From positions 3,615,454-3,679,453 of the forward strand of contig NW_002060946.1 of NCBI RefSeq assembly GCF_000150275.1: a DNA stretch of 64,000 nucleotides. Reading direction: 5' to 3'. This DNA is from Trichoplax adhaerens. Its lineage: Eukaryota; Animalia; Placozoa. Shown one piece after another: positions 1-15,025 of the stretch (position 1 is its first letter; each line of letters begins with the position of its first letter). A model generated the notes under the pieces. The model did no database searches. It had not been told where the DNA came from and saw only the letters and a program-made list of their open reading frames with translations. The position numbers and the translations under genes were made by a program.

Positions 1-375
1 TAGGAAATATATTGCATCGTAAAAAGTATCTTTATTAGCTCTAAGCAATTTAAGAGCTATACTAGCAGTAATCTATAGTTATAAATAAATTAAGAGTTCA
101 ACTACAAGTAATCTGTGACATTATCAAACTGCTGAAATAGCCTGTATATCGATTTGGAAATATACCACATTATAATGATTTATAAAATATATAATGTAGA
201 CTGAAGACTTTTTTAAGGTCTATATTCGCGGTAATTTATAGTTATGGATAAATTAAGGGTTAATCAAGAAATACGAGTATATCGCATCGTAAAAAGTATC
301 CCTATAGACTGGAGACTTTTTAAGATCTATACTAGCAGTAATCCATAGTTACGGATAAATTAAGGGTTAATTTAG
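1..375. repeat. Diverged ~110-bp tandem repeat in the TDH upstream intron
   Basis: Recurring blocks gcatcgtaaaaagtatc and ctatactagcagtaat.tatagtta..gataaattaagggttaa near 10-100, 195-265 and 280-372. Confidence 0.75.
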
Positions 376-527
376 GAGTAATCTAGCAGCTAGCATTGCC
401 AAGCCAATGAATGAAGTAATATGTACATGAACTAGGAATACTTTATGTTAAAAATATTCCTGTAAATGGTGAATTTAATTCTTTATAGACTCAATTTTTT
501 AAAATATCTATCCATCTTCACAATTAG

Positions 528-2154
<1,627 letters not shown>

Positions 2155-2686
2155 TAATCTTAATTATTTTTAATTCGTAACAGATGATGTTCTTGGCTTA
2201 AAATGATTTTACGTTGATGGTGGCAGTTAATCCTACTATTATTAGAAAGTTACCTTTATTGTAAATGTGGTTAAGTATGGAAGCATGCACTATTGTTTTT
2301 AGCTCTTACTCCAATTTGTCGAACAATAAGCCTTTAATCGTGTATAATTGACTGCTAATGCCGTCTAAAAATACGTTAGAAATCTTTTATTGTATATCTT
2401 TTTATATTGTTGCTAATTTTATTTGTGAACTATATTATATTTTAAACTAACAAACAGTCGAATTTCTGTTTGTATATTAATCGAGAAGATAATATTTATG
2501 TTCTATCTTACCTGTTTCTCCTATTAACTCACTAAAATATTATTGTTGTATTAAAGATTCGTTAACTAAATTTTATGTTCTATTAGCTCAAATTCTTGTA
2601 ACGATACTTCATCGAGCTCCTTCTGTACGAGCTAAAAGCCGTTTACATAGAATTATCAAGCCTACAAACCGTTTGATCTTTTAGCA

Positions 2687-2845
2687 TTGAATCGATTCAA
2701 GCCGTTGTTAACTTAATATCTAATGTACAGCGTATAGTGGCATGCTACTCAATCACGATTAGCTCTTTTAATATGAAATCGATTCAAGCTGTCGTTAAAT
2801 CAATATCTACTGCATAGTATATAATGGTATTCTGCTCAATCACTA
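2687..2845. repeat. Two-copy ~88-bp direct repeat between TDH and MVD
   Basis: aatcgattcaagc.gt.gttaa...aatatcta...ctcaatcac occurs twice. The first copy starts in the palindrome TTGAATCGATTCAA. Confidence 0.7.
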
Positions 2846-3795
2846 TATCAGTTTGTCTCACAATCTTTAAGGCTAGATAGGATTGATCCATCCCGTGATA
2901 TTATAGAATGTATGTACTACATTCGGCAGAATACATAACAATTGTCGTAACCTACATATTATATAAATAAGTATCGTTATCTATCAGGCAAGGTCCTTCA
3001 CAACTATAAGGTCATATCTTTGATTATAATTACTATCCTTGCAATATAGTTCATAAAAAGCTTAAATTTTTATTGCAAGTGTCATTCACAAACCATCGTA
3101 AATGCTATTAAAAGAGTCGAAATTACAACATTATCCATTCAGGAAACATCGTGCATCAAGCCTAATAAGTACTAAAGTGCCAAGAAAATCATAAAATAAC
3201 ATATATTATTGCTATTGCGATGAAGTAGGTACGCGTACTTATCGCATCTTAGTATTTGGCTGAAACCGATACTAAATGTGATAATTTGTTGATGTCGACT
3301 ACACCAAAATGTATTTAACATTAATGTACTAATATTTGCAATCACTTAACAATCCTGTACGAACAGAGTATGAGTATGTGAGTGGTTCGCGCCAAGATAT
3401 ATAGCAAAAATATTAAAATTCGGTGAATTACAAATATAAGACAATAGCAGTCTTCATTTTAAATCTGCAAAGCCACTTTCTAAATTTGGAATACTATGCA
3501 AGTAAAATTTTGTATTGTTTCCTATACAATTCTTAGACTTAAAATAACCAAAACTATTAAAGGATGAGTGTGTGATATGCCCATATTCATATTACGTATA
3601 GACTTCTGAAGAAAACAATCACAAAAAATGAGTTATTTCAGAATTTTTTCTTGTGCGGTAGTTGCCGGATATGTATAACTACATATCACGCGACGACCAG
3701 TACGTAAAGAGAAAATAAACCGAACTTCTTACAATCTTCATCAACAAATACATTTAAAATATAGTTAATTAATCAAATAAGAATATGATAACAAA

Positions 3796-6700
3796 TTAGC
3801 ACTTTGGCAGACCATCACCCCCGAGAAGACTTTCATTATCATCTAATATAACACGTGGTCCACTACCGACCTGAAAGATTTTAGTAAATGGAGAAAACAA
3901 ACTCTTACAAAACTTTACAAGTTCAATTACCAAATACTGTAACATCATGCTAATAATCTTATAAAGTCCAAATATAATGAATGCCACAATACCCGAGTAT
4001 GGATAATTCCAGTTAGACTGCCAGGGATTGGATCTAGACAGATGGTATTTTCGATTTCCTTACATATTCCAAAAGTCAACATTCAAAAACATATTCCCAG
4101 AAGTTACATCAATGTACGATAATAACTGACACATGATCATTATCTAGCAAATTAGGTACAATACCTTTGGAAATTCTTTTACATCAGAGTAGTTCGATAA
4201 TCCTTGAATATAGCTAAATAGATCAAGCAACAAGTCAATACATTGCAAAGAAACAGACTCAAATCTACTTCAACTTAGAGATTACAAAAGCAATATAAGA
4301 AAAGTAATGACCAGGATATGCTGTAAAGTACCTATCATGATTTTCTGTGCATGGAAAATAATGACATACTGCAGATAGAATTTGCGGTACATCTTTTGCT
4401 AGAACATATAAAACAGCATTTGGCCCAGCATCAAACGTATAACAAGCCTGCGATGGAAATACAAACCATACTTGAATAAAATGAAGCCTTCATCAATCAT
4501 TTACAAAGCTTTATATGTACATTATTAAGTGTACCTTATACTCTCCACAATATTGATTAAAATGCGTTATCAATTGAACAATCTTATGTGAAATATCGTT
4601 CATATAGGCTATGGGTGGATAGGTATCCAGACAAACAGCATGGAACTGATTACTATCCTACGAAATGAAATTGATACACTCTTATCTTATAAGTATAAAG
4701 CAATTAATCGATTTCGTAGATTTAAATTATTCCAATTTTTCTCTATACAAAATAAAAAAACCTTCATCGTAATCTCGGCAAACGCTTGATAATTTTTCTG
4801 TTGGATTGCGGTCTCCATTTCTGTCATGAGTTTAGGAACCAAGCTCTCAGCGCGATACTAAAAAGAAACAGTCAATATGATGCAACTTCATCGATTTTAT
4901 TATTATTCTAAAAAATCACAAACCTTTAATAATTTACTTGTTTTCACACTAGTCTGCATTCCAGATGTACTGCTTACTCCTTTCTTTTTATCACTTACCT
5001 ATATATTCATTTTAAAAAAATGCATAAATCTACATTATTCATATTTACAAGGATTTTATTAATTAAGCGGCTATTGCAGAAATTTGAATATCGCCGTAAT
5101 TAGTTAGTGACTCACAACTAAAATGAGGACTTCCATTTCAGGCCAGTGCGACTCAGGTGTAACCTAATTCATATTAAAAATATATAACTTCCATGACGTT
5201 TATCCCGGTTTATACTCCATCATTAACGTCGTCTAACCTGAACAGCAATACTATCTGATCCATCGCTTTTATTCCCCATTTCCCACTTTACAAATCCACC
5301 GTACATACTTCTACAAGCACTACCTGAACCTTGTCTAATGGTAAATTGTATTTTAGTAATTCCTAGGAAAGGTTAACCGCAACTATAACAAATATATAAG
5401 TCAATCTTGCCTTGCAATCATGGATAAGTCATCTTTAAGGTCATGCAATCGGCCGAGGGTATAGACTAGATTTAGATTAGATAGAATAGTGAATTAACAA
5501 AGGTAACTAGTAGAACCTTCTTTGTATTCAAAGTATTCACCTAAACAGGCATATCCAGCAGCAGAAGATGCTAATCCAGCAGCCGTAGGAAAATTATTAA
5601 CCGAACAGATGTGATAATGGCAGCCTTCTATTTCACTACCACACCTACTTCTAACTGTAGTCCATTTTGATCAGATCATTAATTACTAGTTAAGTTAATG
5701 GCACGAAATTATGAAAAAGTAGCAATAAGTACCCAATAATTTTAGTATCATACTTGTACCGTAACATCAAAATTCTACGAGATTCATATTACAGATAAAA
5801 TACTGGTAGAGAATACGTATTCCGCGTCTAAGCTGAATTAATGTACACACATGAAGAGCAACTACATTTTACAATAGGTACTGCAACATCACAAGAAGTA
5901 AATACAGTAAGAATATATTAGTTTACTTTGGTGTTCATTATGTGATAAACTCACCCTCTCTCAAGCAATTTTGTAACCTTTTACCAGTCGCGTCTTGTTC
6001 CCTTTAATAGCACAGGATAAAGATAGGTATTAAATTAGCAAAACATCCAATTTACATCACTCTACAATTAATTGATTCTATAGCTACCTAATAAACAAGT
6101 GAACGGTACATACCAAGTGTATATTTACAAAATACTTAGTATAAGAGTTGGTAGTACTGTAATAAGATATTAATAATAGCTTCAGAAGTCATTCCTTGAC
6201 ATTATACATACTTTCCATTAATCCATAGTCGATCACGTTGGAATGATTTACTTATTGCAATAGTGGTTTTTGCACACATCTATTATTAATTAATTAAAAC
6301 AACTGCGGGTAAGTATAGGAAATTATTGCATTGTGCAGCAGTACAATTACTATAGAATTTTTCGTTTGTGTAAGTTTGATATATGCCAATCTTAGCAAAT
6401 ACTTGTCGCTACAGTACACTACTACCATTATATCATTACATAATTTAACTGATGATAACAAATATGTTCGTATTAATGTTTAATGATGCCGAATAAACAT
6501 CTTTGTAATATCTTAGGTTGACCTGATCAGTACTCAAAGTACCACTTAGGGAAGAATTGATAGGCAAAATTAAATTTTCATCTCGTTTTCCCCCTATAAT
6601 AGACGTATGAAAGAGTAAATACTTCAAGGTTAGGATTGATAGTAACTTATTACCACTATTAATATCATCCTATATAGTAGAAAAAGGTACTTCTAAACGA

Positions 6701-7098
6701 TATAGTTTTGATGTTACGAATTGAATGTATAACCACTATTGATATCATCTTATACAGTGAAAAAAAGATGCCTCTAATACTGGAGGATTGCTCATAACCT
6801 ATCTATCTATCTATCTATTGCTACTGTATATCATTCCTCAGCTAGCTAGTACAATTTTATCTAGACGTCAACCATCTACACACTATGCAATCCAAATGCA
6901 TACACAAGAAATTTAATCGATCCATTATAAAAAGTTGACTGTACAAAGTATAAACTTTATCCATGCATGAATCCATGGTAACGTGCATTGATCCATCTGC
7001 AATCCATCATGGATGCAGTTTTCAATTTTCAACTTACAATATTTGACGACAGCAATATTCACTGGTGCAATACACGTTGCTTGCTTTCTATCTGCCAT
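3796..7098 (-). CDS. MVD: Diphosphomevalonate decarboxylase, 15 coding exons
   Basis: Spliced translation: [40 protein letters not shown]; [19 protein letters not shown] (GHMP motif); [19 protein letters not shown]; [13 protein letters not shown]; [16 protein letters not shown]; [10 protein letters not shown]; ending VGSGPRVIL...DGLPKC*. Confidence 0.96.
5335..5410 (-). other. GC-AG intron in MVD
   Basis: The conserved IAR/QGSGS junction can only be restored with donor AAG|GCAAGA and acceptor CATTAG|ACAAGG. The intron is 76 nt. Confidence 0.85.
6651..6778. repeat. Two-copy ~80-bp repeat in MVD intron 1, followed by a short (TCTA)n run near 6798-6817
   Basis: accactatt.atatcatc.tata.agt..aaaaa.g...c.tctaa occurs twice. 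Confidence 0.65.
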
Positions 7099-8298
7099 TT
7101 TTACTGTATTTACATCTAGCGTGCCCAATTTAAGAGCTTTGAATGTGTTGTTAAACTTGATCGGCCAAGGCGAATAGAGCTTTGGACTGGTAGGCCAGCT
7201 GGTTTGCTGCCGCAAGTTCTTGAAGTGAGGCACCTGGTGCTGTAGAAAGTTGGTCTCTCGGTAGAGCTCGATTATAGACTATGTAGGTACTATTACAGTA
7301 GCTTTGAAGATAGGGTATAGTATGGAACAAGGGCGCGTTACAATTTTACACAGACAGCTGTACTAACAGCCGAGTAGACTAGCCGTGGCCTTTAATAGTG
7401 TCTACAGTATTGTCCAGTCTAGCCCGTAGTAAAACAGATGTCACTTGTAGCCTATACTGACTAGCACTAGCTAGGCACGCTACAGTGACATCTATTTTAA
7501 TGCAATATACTGGCTTCTGGTAAGATCGCTAGCAAATAGAATGTCATTGGAGCGTGCCTTTAGTACTGCCGAGAACCCATCGCTACAGGTGACACTATTT
7601 TGGCTTCTGCACGCGACGCCTATGGGGCCGCTGGGCAAGCTGCATCCTGTTGCTGCTTGTGCTGTAGCCTTAGACTACTGCAGCTGCTTTCTAGAATTAA
7701 ATAAGTCATAGTCTCCTTTCACATAATTTCTATTTCCTACGATTCATAGAATGATGCTCGTTATATTCCTTTCGAGTAGTCGATAGTTTAAAACAGAGTA
7801 GAGTCGAACTCTGTAGGCAATGGTTTGGCCATGAGCTCTAGATGGTATACTGTACCGTACCGTTCCGGACCGTGTCGTGCCGTTCCGTTCCGTACTTACA
7901 TGAGCATCGTTCGACTCCAGTCTAGGTGCGGATCTCCAGTAAACTGCCTAAAACAGGCCAGAAAAGCCATACTGTACTCTAATTTAAAACAGAATAGAGT
8001 CGAACTCTGTACTGTAGGCAATGGTTTGGCCATGAGCTCTAGATGGTATACTGTACCGTACCGGTCCGGCCCGTTCCGTTCCGTACTTACATGAGCATCG
8101 TTCGACTCCAGTCTAGGTGCAGAATCTCCAGTAAACTGCCTAAAATAGGCCAAAAAAGCCATACTGTACTCTAGAAGTCGATCTCAACAACCAGTATCCT
8201 AGCTCTTCTCTCCTTTCGTGTCCATAGTGATAGCCTGATTTTAGCGACCTCCATCGCTTGCACGCTCAGCTGGAAAAGCTTGCATTTATCTCACTAAA
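7099..8298. promoter_or_regulatory. Putative bidirectional promoter region MVD/NBN
   Basis: Head-to-head start codons 1.2 kb apart; locally higher GC and CpG than the flanking introns. Confidence 0.6.
7787..8173. repeat. Near-identical two-copy ~196-bp tandem duplication
   Basis: Unit tttaaaacaga.tagagtcgaactc...gccatactgtactcta starts at 7787 and 7983, with an internal run of CCGTW-like pentamers. Confidence 0.92.
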
Positions 8299-11200
8299 AT
8301 GTGGATACTGCAAAATATCCAGAATAATTCAGGTAGAAAAAACAAATGCTCTACTTCTAGGTATTATTATAATAGCAATGGAGTACTTTGACATAAGTAT
8401 AGAACAACTACAGACTAGAAGAGTGGTATGCTATCTCATGTACTCATGTTGTTTCTTTTACCTTTGCTAGCTGACAAGCTGTACATGCTTACAGGCAATG
8501 AATATACCGTTGGGCGCAAACGTAAATACGCAATATTAAACCTCTTAATCAACTATCCAACCCTCTAATAGATCATTCTTCAAGCTATTTTATTCATTTT
8601 CTTCTAGATACTTCATTGTTAATACTTAATGAACCTTCTATTAGCCGAATTCATGCCAAATTCAAGATCGAACATGACTTATCCGATATAGTAAGTACTT
8701 TTTTGCATCCTCTTTTTAATATTGATCACTCTCCATCATTAGAAAGCAGAATTACGTACTGTAGAAGCAGCATCAATTTCATCCTCTACTCGGTCATTTC
8801 AATACTTTTCCAGTCTACTTTTAATATTCATCATCATCGCTCTACACCATTCGAAAATAGAATATTGTACTGTAGCAGCAATATCAGTTTCATCGTCACT
8901 CTGCACTATGAGAAAGCGGAATACTCTAGTGTAGATGCAGCATCAGTTTCATCTTTTACTCAGTCATTTCAATACTTTCCCAGTCTACTTTTAATGTTCA
9001 TCATCGTCGCTCTACACCATTCGAAAATAGAATATTGTACTGTAGAAGCAATATCAGTTTCATCGTCACTCTGCACTATGAGAAAGTGGAATACTCAACT
9101 GTAGATGCAGCATCAGCTTCATCTTCTACTCCGTCATTGCAATACTTTCCCAGTCTACTTTTAATGTTCATCATCATCGCTCTACACCATTACAAAATAG
9201 AATATTGTACTGTAGAAGCAATATCAGTTTCATCGTCACTCTGCACTATGAGAAAGCGGAATACTCAACTGTAGATGCAGCATCAGTTTCATCTTCTACT
9301 CAGTCATTTCAATACTTTTTTAATCTACTTTTAATGTTCATCTTCATCGCTCTACATCACATAAAGTAGACCACTACGTACGTATACTGCAGAAGCATGC
9401 CAACTCCAGCTTAATCTTCGACCGGTCAATGCAATACCTTTTCAATCCACGTTCAACATTCATCATTATTCTGCACCCGTTACTGTAGAAAGCAGAATAC
9501 AGTTGAGGGAAGATCAACTTAATTTTTTATTCAGTCGATTGAATACTTTTTCAATCCAAATTCAATGTTCATTTTCATCATTCTGGATTATTATAAAGCC
9601 AATTATTGTACTGTAGAAGGAATATCAGCTTTACTGTGACTATAATCTACTATCAATCTTTTTTCGATCTACTTTTAATGTTCATCTTCTGCATCATTAT
9701 AAGGCAGACTAGGTTACTGTAGAAGCAACATCAACTTAATTTTCTACAATTGCATCATGCTTTACTTTTCAACTTTGGACATACGTACTCGTTCAAGTCG
9801 AGCGACTGAATGCTTGGCTTTTCATGGCATCATGTCTTACTTGCTTTCCTTTAATAATGTCCAAATCAATTCTAAATATAAGCGTATACCGTATTTAAAA
9901 ATAGACTAATCCTTCGCGATATCCTAAAGTTACCATGACGGATTCTTCAAAATATGGAATTTATTTGAATGATAGTAAAGATAAAATAACCTCTCCCATT
10001 CAATTACAAGATGGTGATACAATTCGTTTTGGTTTTCAACAACAGCAATGGAGGTAAGAAAAAAGTACATTCTACGAGTCTGTTACTTAAAAGTGATTTC
10101 AACGTTAAACTAGACCTATCAGCCTTAGCATTACTACACTAGCTTGTATTCCGATAGTTACCGCCAATGATCATCAGATATCCTGCAACCAAATTGACGA
10201 TACTCGTTCCTTTATAAAAATAGTACTATCCGAATATTAAGAGATAACTTTTCAATGATGCTTGCATGATAATTTAGGATCTCTTATGAACCGTTTGTCG
10301 TGGCTACGTCTCGCCTAAATGATGCTGCAGAGAAAGACTCAATGATATCTTCTATCAAAAAACTGGGTACGACAAATTCAACTGTCAAAATTGACCTTAG
10401 ATACTATTGCATTGTTATCATCAATTTGATGCTATTACCTTGCTTGCTATAGAAATTTGTAACGAAATTTTTCATGTACGCATAATTACCACGTACGGAG
10501 CTTTAAGACAATCTTAATCCATATTTAGGCGGCCATTATGTAAATAACTGGATTGAAGAATGTACACATTTAGTTGTTAACGAAATCCGAGTCACCGTGA
10601 AGGTAACGCGATATTGTAATACCTAAGAAATCTTCAGCCATTTATAGCCATCTGTACTGTAGTAATAGTATTAGCGTATCATCTGTTGCATTTAAGCAAT
10701 ATTTATACCTAAATAGAAAAAATTAATTAATTGTAAGACCTAGAGTATCTCAATTAAGGTACAATAATACAGTACATTGATATTGTACACTTGTAGTATC
10801 TAATTAAAGCACTATGTATCATAACTTTGTATCATGTACAGTGAAATTAATTGTGCTGAAAGAATTACAATCAACACCTTACTTAGTAAGCTTACCAAAT
10901 GTGTTCCCTTATCAATGTAAATTACAGATTCAGGACTTCATAATCTACCTCAAGTAAACCTTGATAATCCTTTTGATAGCGTGTGTACATTAGTAATTTT
11001 TTCTTCCTTTTTATAATTAAGGTTTTATCTGCTCTAACCTCATGCAAGCCGATCGTAACACCAAAGTATATTATAGATTTAGTAAACAGCATCGAATCAA
11101 GGAAGGAATGGATCGATCCTGAAATGTAAGGCTTCTTCATCTGCACTAGTACAACCGCAAAATAATCTACAAACTTAGAAAACTTACATGTAACTATACT

Positions 11201-13637
11201 TACAAACTGTACATTGTACAATCAGGAGAGCTATATACAATTTAAGTAAAGTCTTCCTATTTTGTTCAGTTATTTGCCAACATTATCCGAAATTGAAGGA
11301 GATGTAACTTCAAGAGACCAATTTAAAGTCAATACTAAGAGACAAAATATATTTAGTAGTAAAACCTTCGTTTTTCTAATAAATAAACAGGTAAAAAGTA
11401 TAAATTAATAATGAAGCACATATTAACAAACGGATGAGCTAAAATTAATGTATATACACTTTCTCTTACGTAGTATCAACGATTAAAACAAGCCGTAACT
11501 TCCTGTGGAGCCAGCACACGACTTGTGGAATCCAGAGATTCTATCGATCAAACCCTACTGTTATCTACCGATAGCCTCGTCATTACTCCCAATCTTCACG
11601 CTATGAAAGCGTTAACTCCTGCTCAAAAAGATCTTATCGAAACTGTTGAAGGTCTTCTACTAACGTAAGTCCTACGAACTGTCAAGTTATAGGAAAGCTT
11701 ACTAATTTCTTTTTTTTTAAATTATAAATTGTATAATGTTAAGATTTTACTCTTTCACTCTATCTCAGTAATGGATTCCGACTAATATCCGATTCAGAGA
11801 TTGGATTAGCAGTTATTCATACCGATGCACAAAAGTATTGTAACCCGTCAGATCCTTCCATAGTTTCTGCTCCTCAACCTAAACATCCAATTGATCCAGC
11901 TACCTCATCACGACGTACAACGGTATTAAAACTTACCTCCTAGCAACTTTAAATGTTGACACATGTAGCATAAAATTATCTTTTCTCTATCAGACATCAG
12001 ACATAGAATCTTCTCAACAAGACACAAAGCAAAAAAGGTAAAAATATTTCATTTGTGTTGTTGTCAATTTTTAATGAACAGTTAAAGGCATCATACGCTT
12101 GGCGAAATGATGAAAATATTTAAATGACTACTTTCCTTATACACAATTACGTGTAAAGAAACCAGAGTATTATTATACGCCTATTAATCTTGGTGGGTGC
12201 TTCTTGTCTGAATACGTGCTCGCTGTAAAGGCAGGCGTAAATTTTATAACTGTCATCCATGGCTGGCTACTAGAGCTATGATAGTCGGCAAAAAGATAGT
12301 TAAACATGAGAATTTTCTATCAGTGATATCATTGATAGCCACTTATAAACTATTTGGAAAGTAGAATGCTTACTTAAGCAAGACTTTAGTAATCTGACGC
12401 CAAATGAAATGAGCTGTCAACTCGGATGCAACCCACTCACTATAACTTTTTATAGTAATGCGCTCCTATTTGGTGTTTTTGTATCACTAATAATAATAAT
12501 TTAGACCACTTCAAATTACCGATTCCGAACAATTGGAACCACAAAAAAAGGCTATAAAATTGGAGTATGATACACACAACACCGAGTCAAATGTTGTGAA
12601 CAAGGAAGACAAATCAATGGCTTCAAAAGCTGACGGAGAATCCAGGGAACTGACGAAAAAGGAAGAGAATTTGACAGGACTGAATGATAATGATAAGAAT
12701 TCCCAGCAGGAAAACATACGTAATGGATGTAAGCAATGTGATCCTCCAACATCACCTCCAGCTACGGAAATAGTTGTCAAACCGGGATATTTAAGCACAA
12801 AGTTATACGCCGATGTAAGTTTGGAACATTAGTTCTTGTCACTTGATCGCATATCCTCTATGCAAAGTTCAATTGATGATACGTACTCTATATATCTTAT
12901 CTGTATATAGCAACAAATCAATACTGAAGATTGTGAAAGAGAATTTAATAGGGCGAAAGAAAAAGTAATCCATTTAACCGTTGTGCGGACAGAATCAAAA
13001 CATCACGTAGATGCTTTGAATGACATTAAAAATTTCAAAAAATTTAGAAAGGTATAGATGCATTTATTTTATCTTAAGCGTTTTAGCTTTACCACTATGT
13101 ACATGCGTCTGTATGCTTGTAAGTAAATTTGTAGCTATGGTTAACATACGAACAACATCTGCTCTATAGTCCTATTATCCTGGAAGAGATCGTGTAGGTT
13201 TACCTACCATTATTGGAGGAAATGATCTCCTTCGGTATACAGCAGGTAGCGACTCAAGTTTAGGAGATTGGATACATGAAGCACGAAGGGTTAGTTCATA
13301 TCATCCTCAACTTTTAAACTCTACGATTAAGGTTTTCATAACTATTATGGGTAAATATGAAAAATGCTTCTATTCCAAAGGCACATGATGAGAAAGCCCA
13401 AGAAGATCAACTTGCAGATGATTTATTCAGGTTAGTGTAACCGTAAGTTTATCGATAATGTAATTTAGCAATTATAAGTAAATTTACTTATTATAGTCTT
13501 TAAACACATCAATGTGGACAATTTGACATATTATTAATATTTTTAGCTGTAAAGCGTAATTTATTCTTTTCTACTGAAATCTGAATAAGTATCAACTGAT
13601 TTTGTTTAGACTTGATCCTTCAAAGAAAAGGCTGTAG
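8299..13637 (+). CDS. NBN: Nibrin (NBS1), MRN complex subunit
   Basis: FHA domain: MWILQ..YTVGRK..EPSISRIHA..TDSSKYGIYLN..GDTIRFG. BRCT repeats: YEPFVVATS, GGHYVNNWIEECTHLV, PIVTPKY, KTFVFL, ISDSEIGLAVI..YCNP. MRE11-binding KNFKKFRK near 13028-13051, LPTIIGGNDL, and C-terminal ATM-recruiting EDQLADDLFR followed by LDPSKKRL*. Confidence 0.93.
8735..9745. repeat. 170-bp tandem repeat (about 3 conserved copies plus decayed flanks) in NBN intron 3
   Basis: tactgtag.agcaatatcagtttcatcgtcactctgcactatgagaaag recurs at 8868, 9038 and 9208. Decayed ~110-bp monomers lie on both sides. Confidence 0.92.
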
Positions 13638-14585
13638 CTCGATTATAAATTAGGTTGCTGTCGACATTACTTTTGATCGTAATGTATATAAAAAAGGCTG
13701 TTCCAAATCATAACAAACATTATTTAAAATGATTCCTGATATTTCGATTCTGTAGCATTACCAAAACATGGGCATCTTACTGATAAGTATGTACATAAGT
13801 ATGAGCTAATAATGAATTACATGTACTATTAGTTATTTTCAATGTAAAGTAGGACTTTCCGAACTGTACCTTAAAAAGTTTACAGTAACTTGTAACAAAT
13901 ATTTTTTGATAGCAATCAGATTGAAGAGAAGCGTGTCATCATATCAAGCTATAAAAGTAGTCATTATAAATCGAAAAATTGAACCTGCTTCTTATTTTCT
14001 CATATTTAAAATTGCAACGTACTCTGTTATTAAAAGCCAATTCTTAATTAAAACATCATTTGAATGTTGATCGTGGTTTTAATTCTTTAACTAATTTATT
14101 GTAACAAGCGATCGAATGCAACAAACATTAAGATTACTATCAATTAATCTTAATTCATAAGTGTAGATATCCAGTCACTTTTATTATACCTCTTTGCTAA
14201 GAAAGAATTATAAATGTTTTACTATAACTAAGTTGCAATCTTCGATCAAAAGGCAGCAGTTAATGATGAGTAGTGTAAAAGGTTTGAGCAAGTTATGTAT
14301 TATGTCTAAAATGTATAACTGAGTTGCTGAAAGAATTAAATGACTGCGACTAAGAAAGATAATTTAATTGCATCAGATTCAAGCAAATATGATAATTTTA
14401 ATAATCGTCGATAACTTGACTGATTGCTGATGCTCAAGTTTCGATGATTAAATTAATTATCGGATTTGTAGCTACAAGCTACTTACAAAAATTCGGTTAT
14501 AGACATAATGATGACTTGCATATGATAAACTAAAACCAATCTGAAACTGCTTGTCTTTTTAAAAGGAAGGATCGATGATGCCTAG

Positions 14586-14635
14586 NNNNNNNNNNNNNNN
14601 NNNNNNNNNNNNNNNNNNNNNNNNNNNNNNNNNNN
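14586..14635. other. Assembly gap (50 N)
   Basis: Run of n characters. Confidence 1.
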
Positions 14636-14734
14636 GATATCGCCCTTAATGCAATATTTTTACACTATCAACCTGATGGTTGATTATAGTACGTATAATA
14701 ATTATAGAAATAGGCTGTTGGTTGATTACAGTTT

Positions 14735-14925
14735 ATATAGAAATAGGTGGTAAAGTGAATAAGTGCAGTATTGAATAGAGATGGAATTTTACATAGAAAA
14801 GAAGCTGAAAGTCTTAATATTGCCTTTATTCGGCATTTTACACTATCCATTTACTAGTTGATTACATTATATAGAGAAATAAGTGATAAAGTGAATAAGT
14901 ACAGCGTTGAATGTAAATGTAATTA
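14735..14925. repeat. Two-copy diverged repeat, period ~137 bp
   Basis: aaata.gtg.taaagtgaataagt.cag..ttgaat occurs near 14742 and 14877. Confidence 0.6.
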
Positions 14926-15025
14926 TTGATGTAAATATAGTGAAGTCTGTACATTAATTAATTATGTTTCGTTGAAACCATAGCATGATAACATTACTAT
15001 AATTATCATTCATAAGAAACCTATC

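Noticed and set aside
7826-7925. tRNA gene suggested by GTTCGACTCC
   Set aside because: No acceptor, D or anticodon stems could be paired. Kept only as a B-box-like motif.
7825-8162. ORFs 7825-8094 (+) and 7896-8162 (-)
   Set aside because: By-products of the 196-bp duplication in the promoter; no recognisable protein motif.
8691-9274. Repetitive ORFs 8616-9104 and 9035-9274
   Set aside because: Only the first ~25 codons are NBN exon 3. The rest is read-through into a 170-bp repeat whose period is not a multiple of 3.
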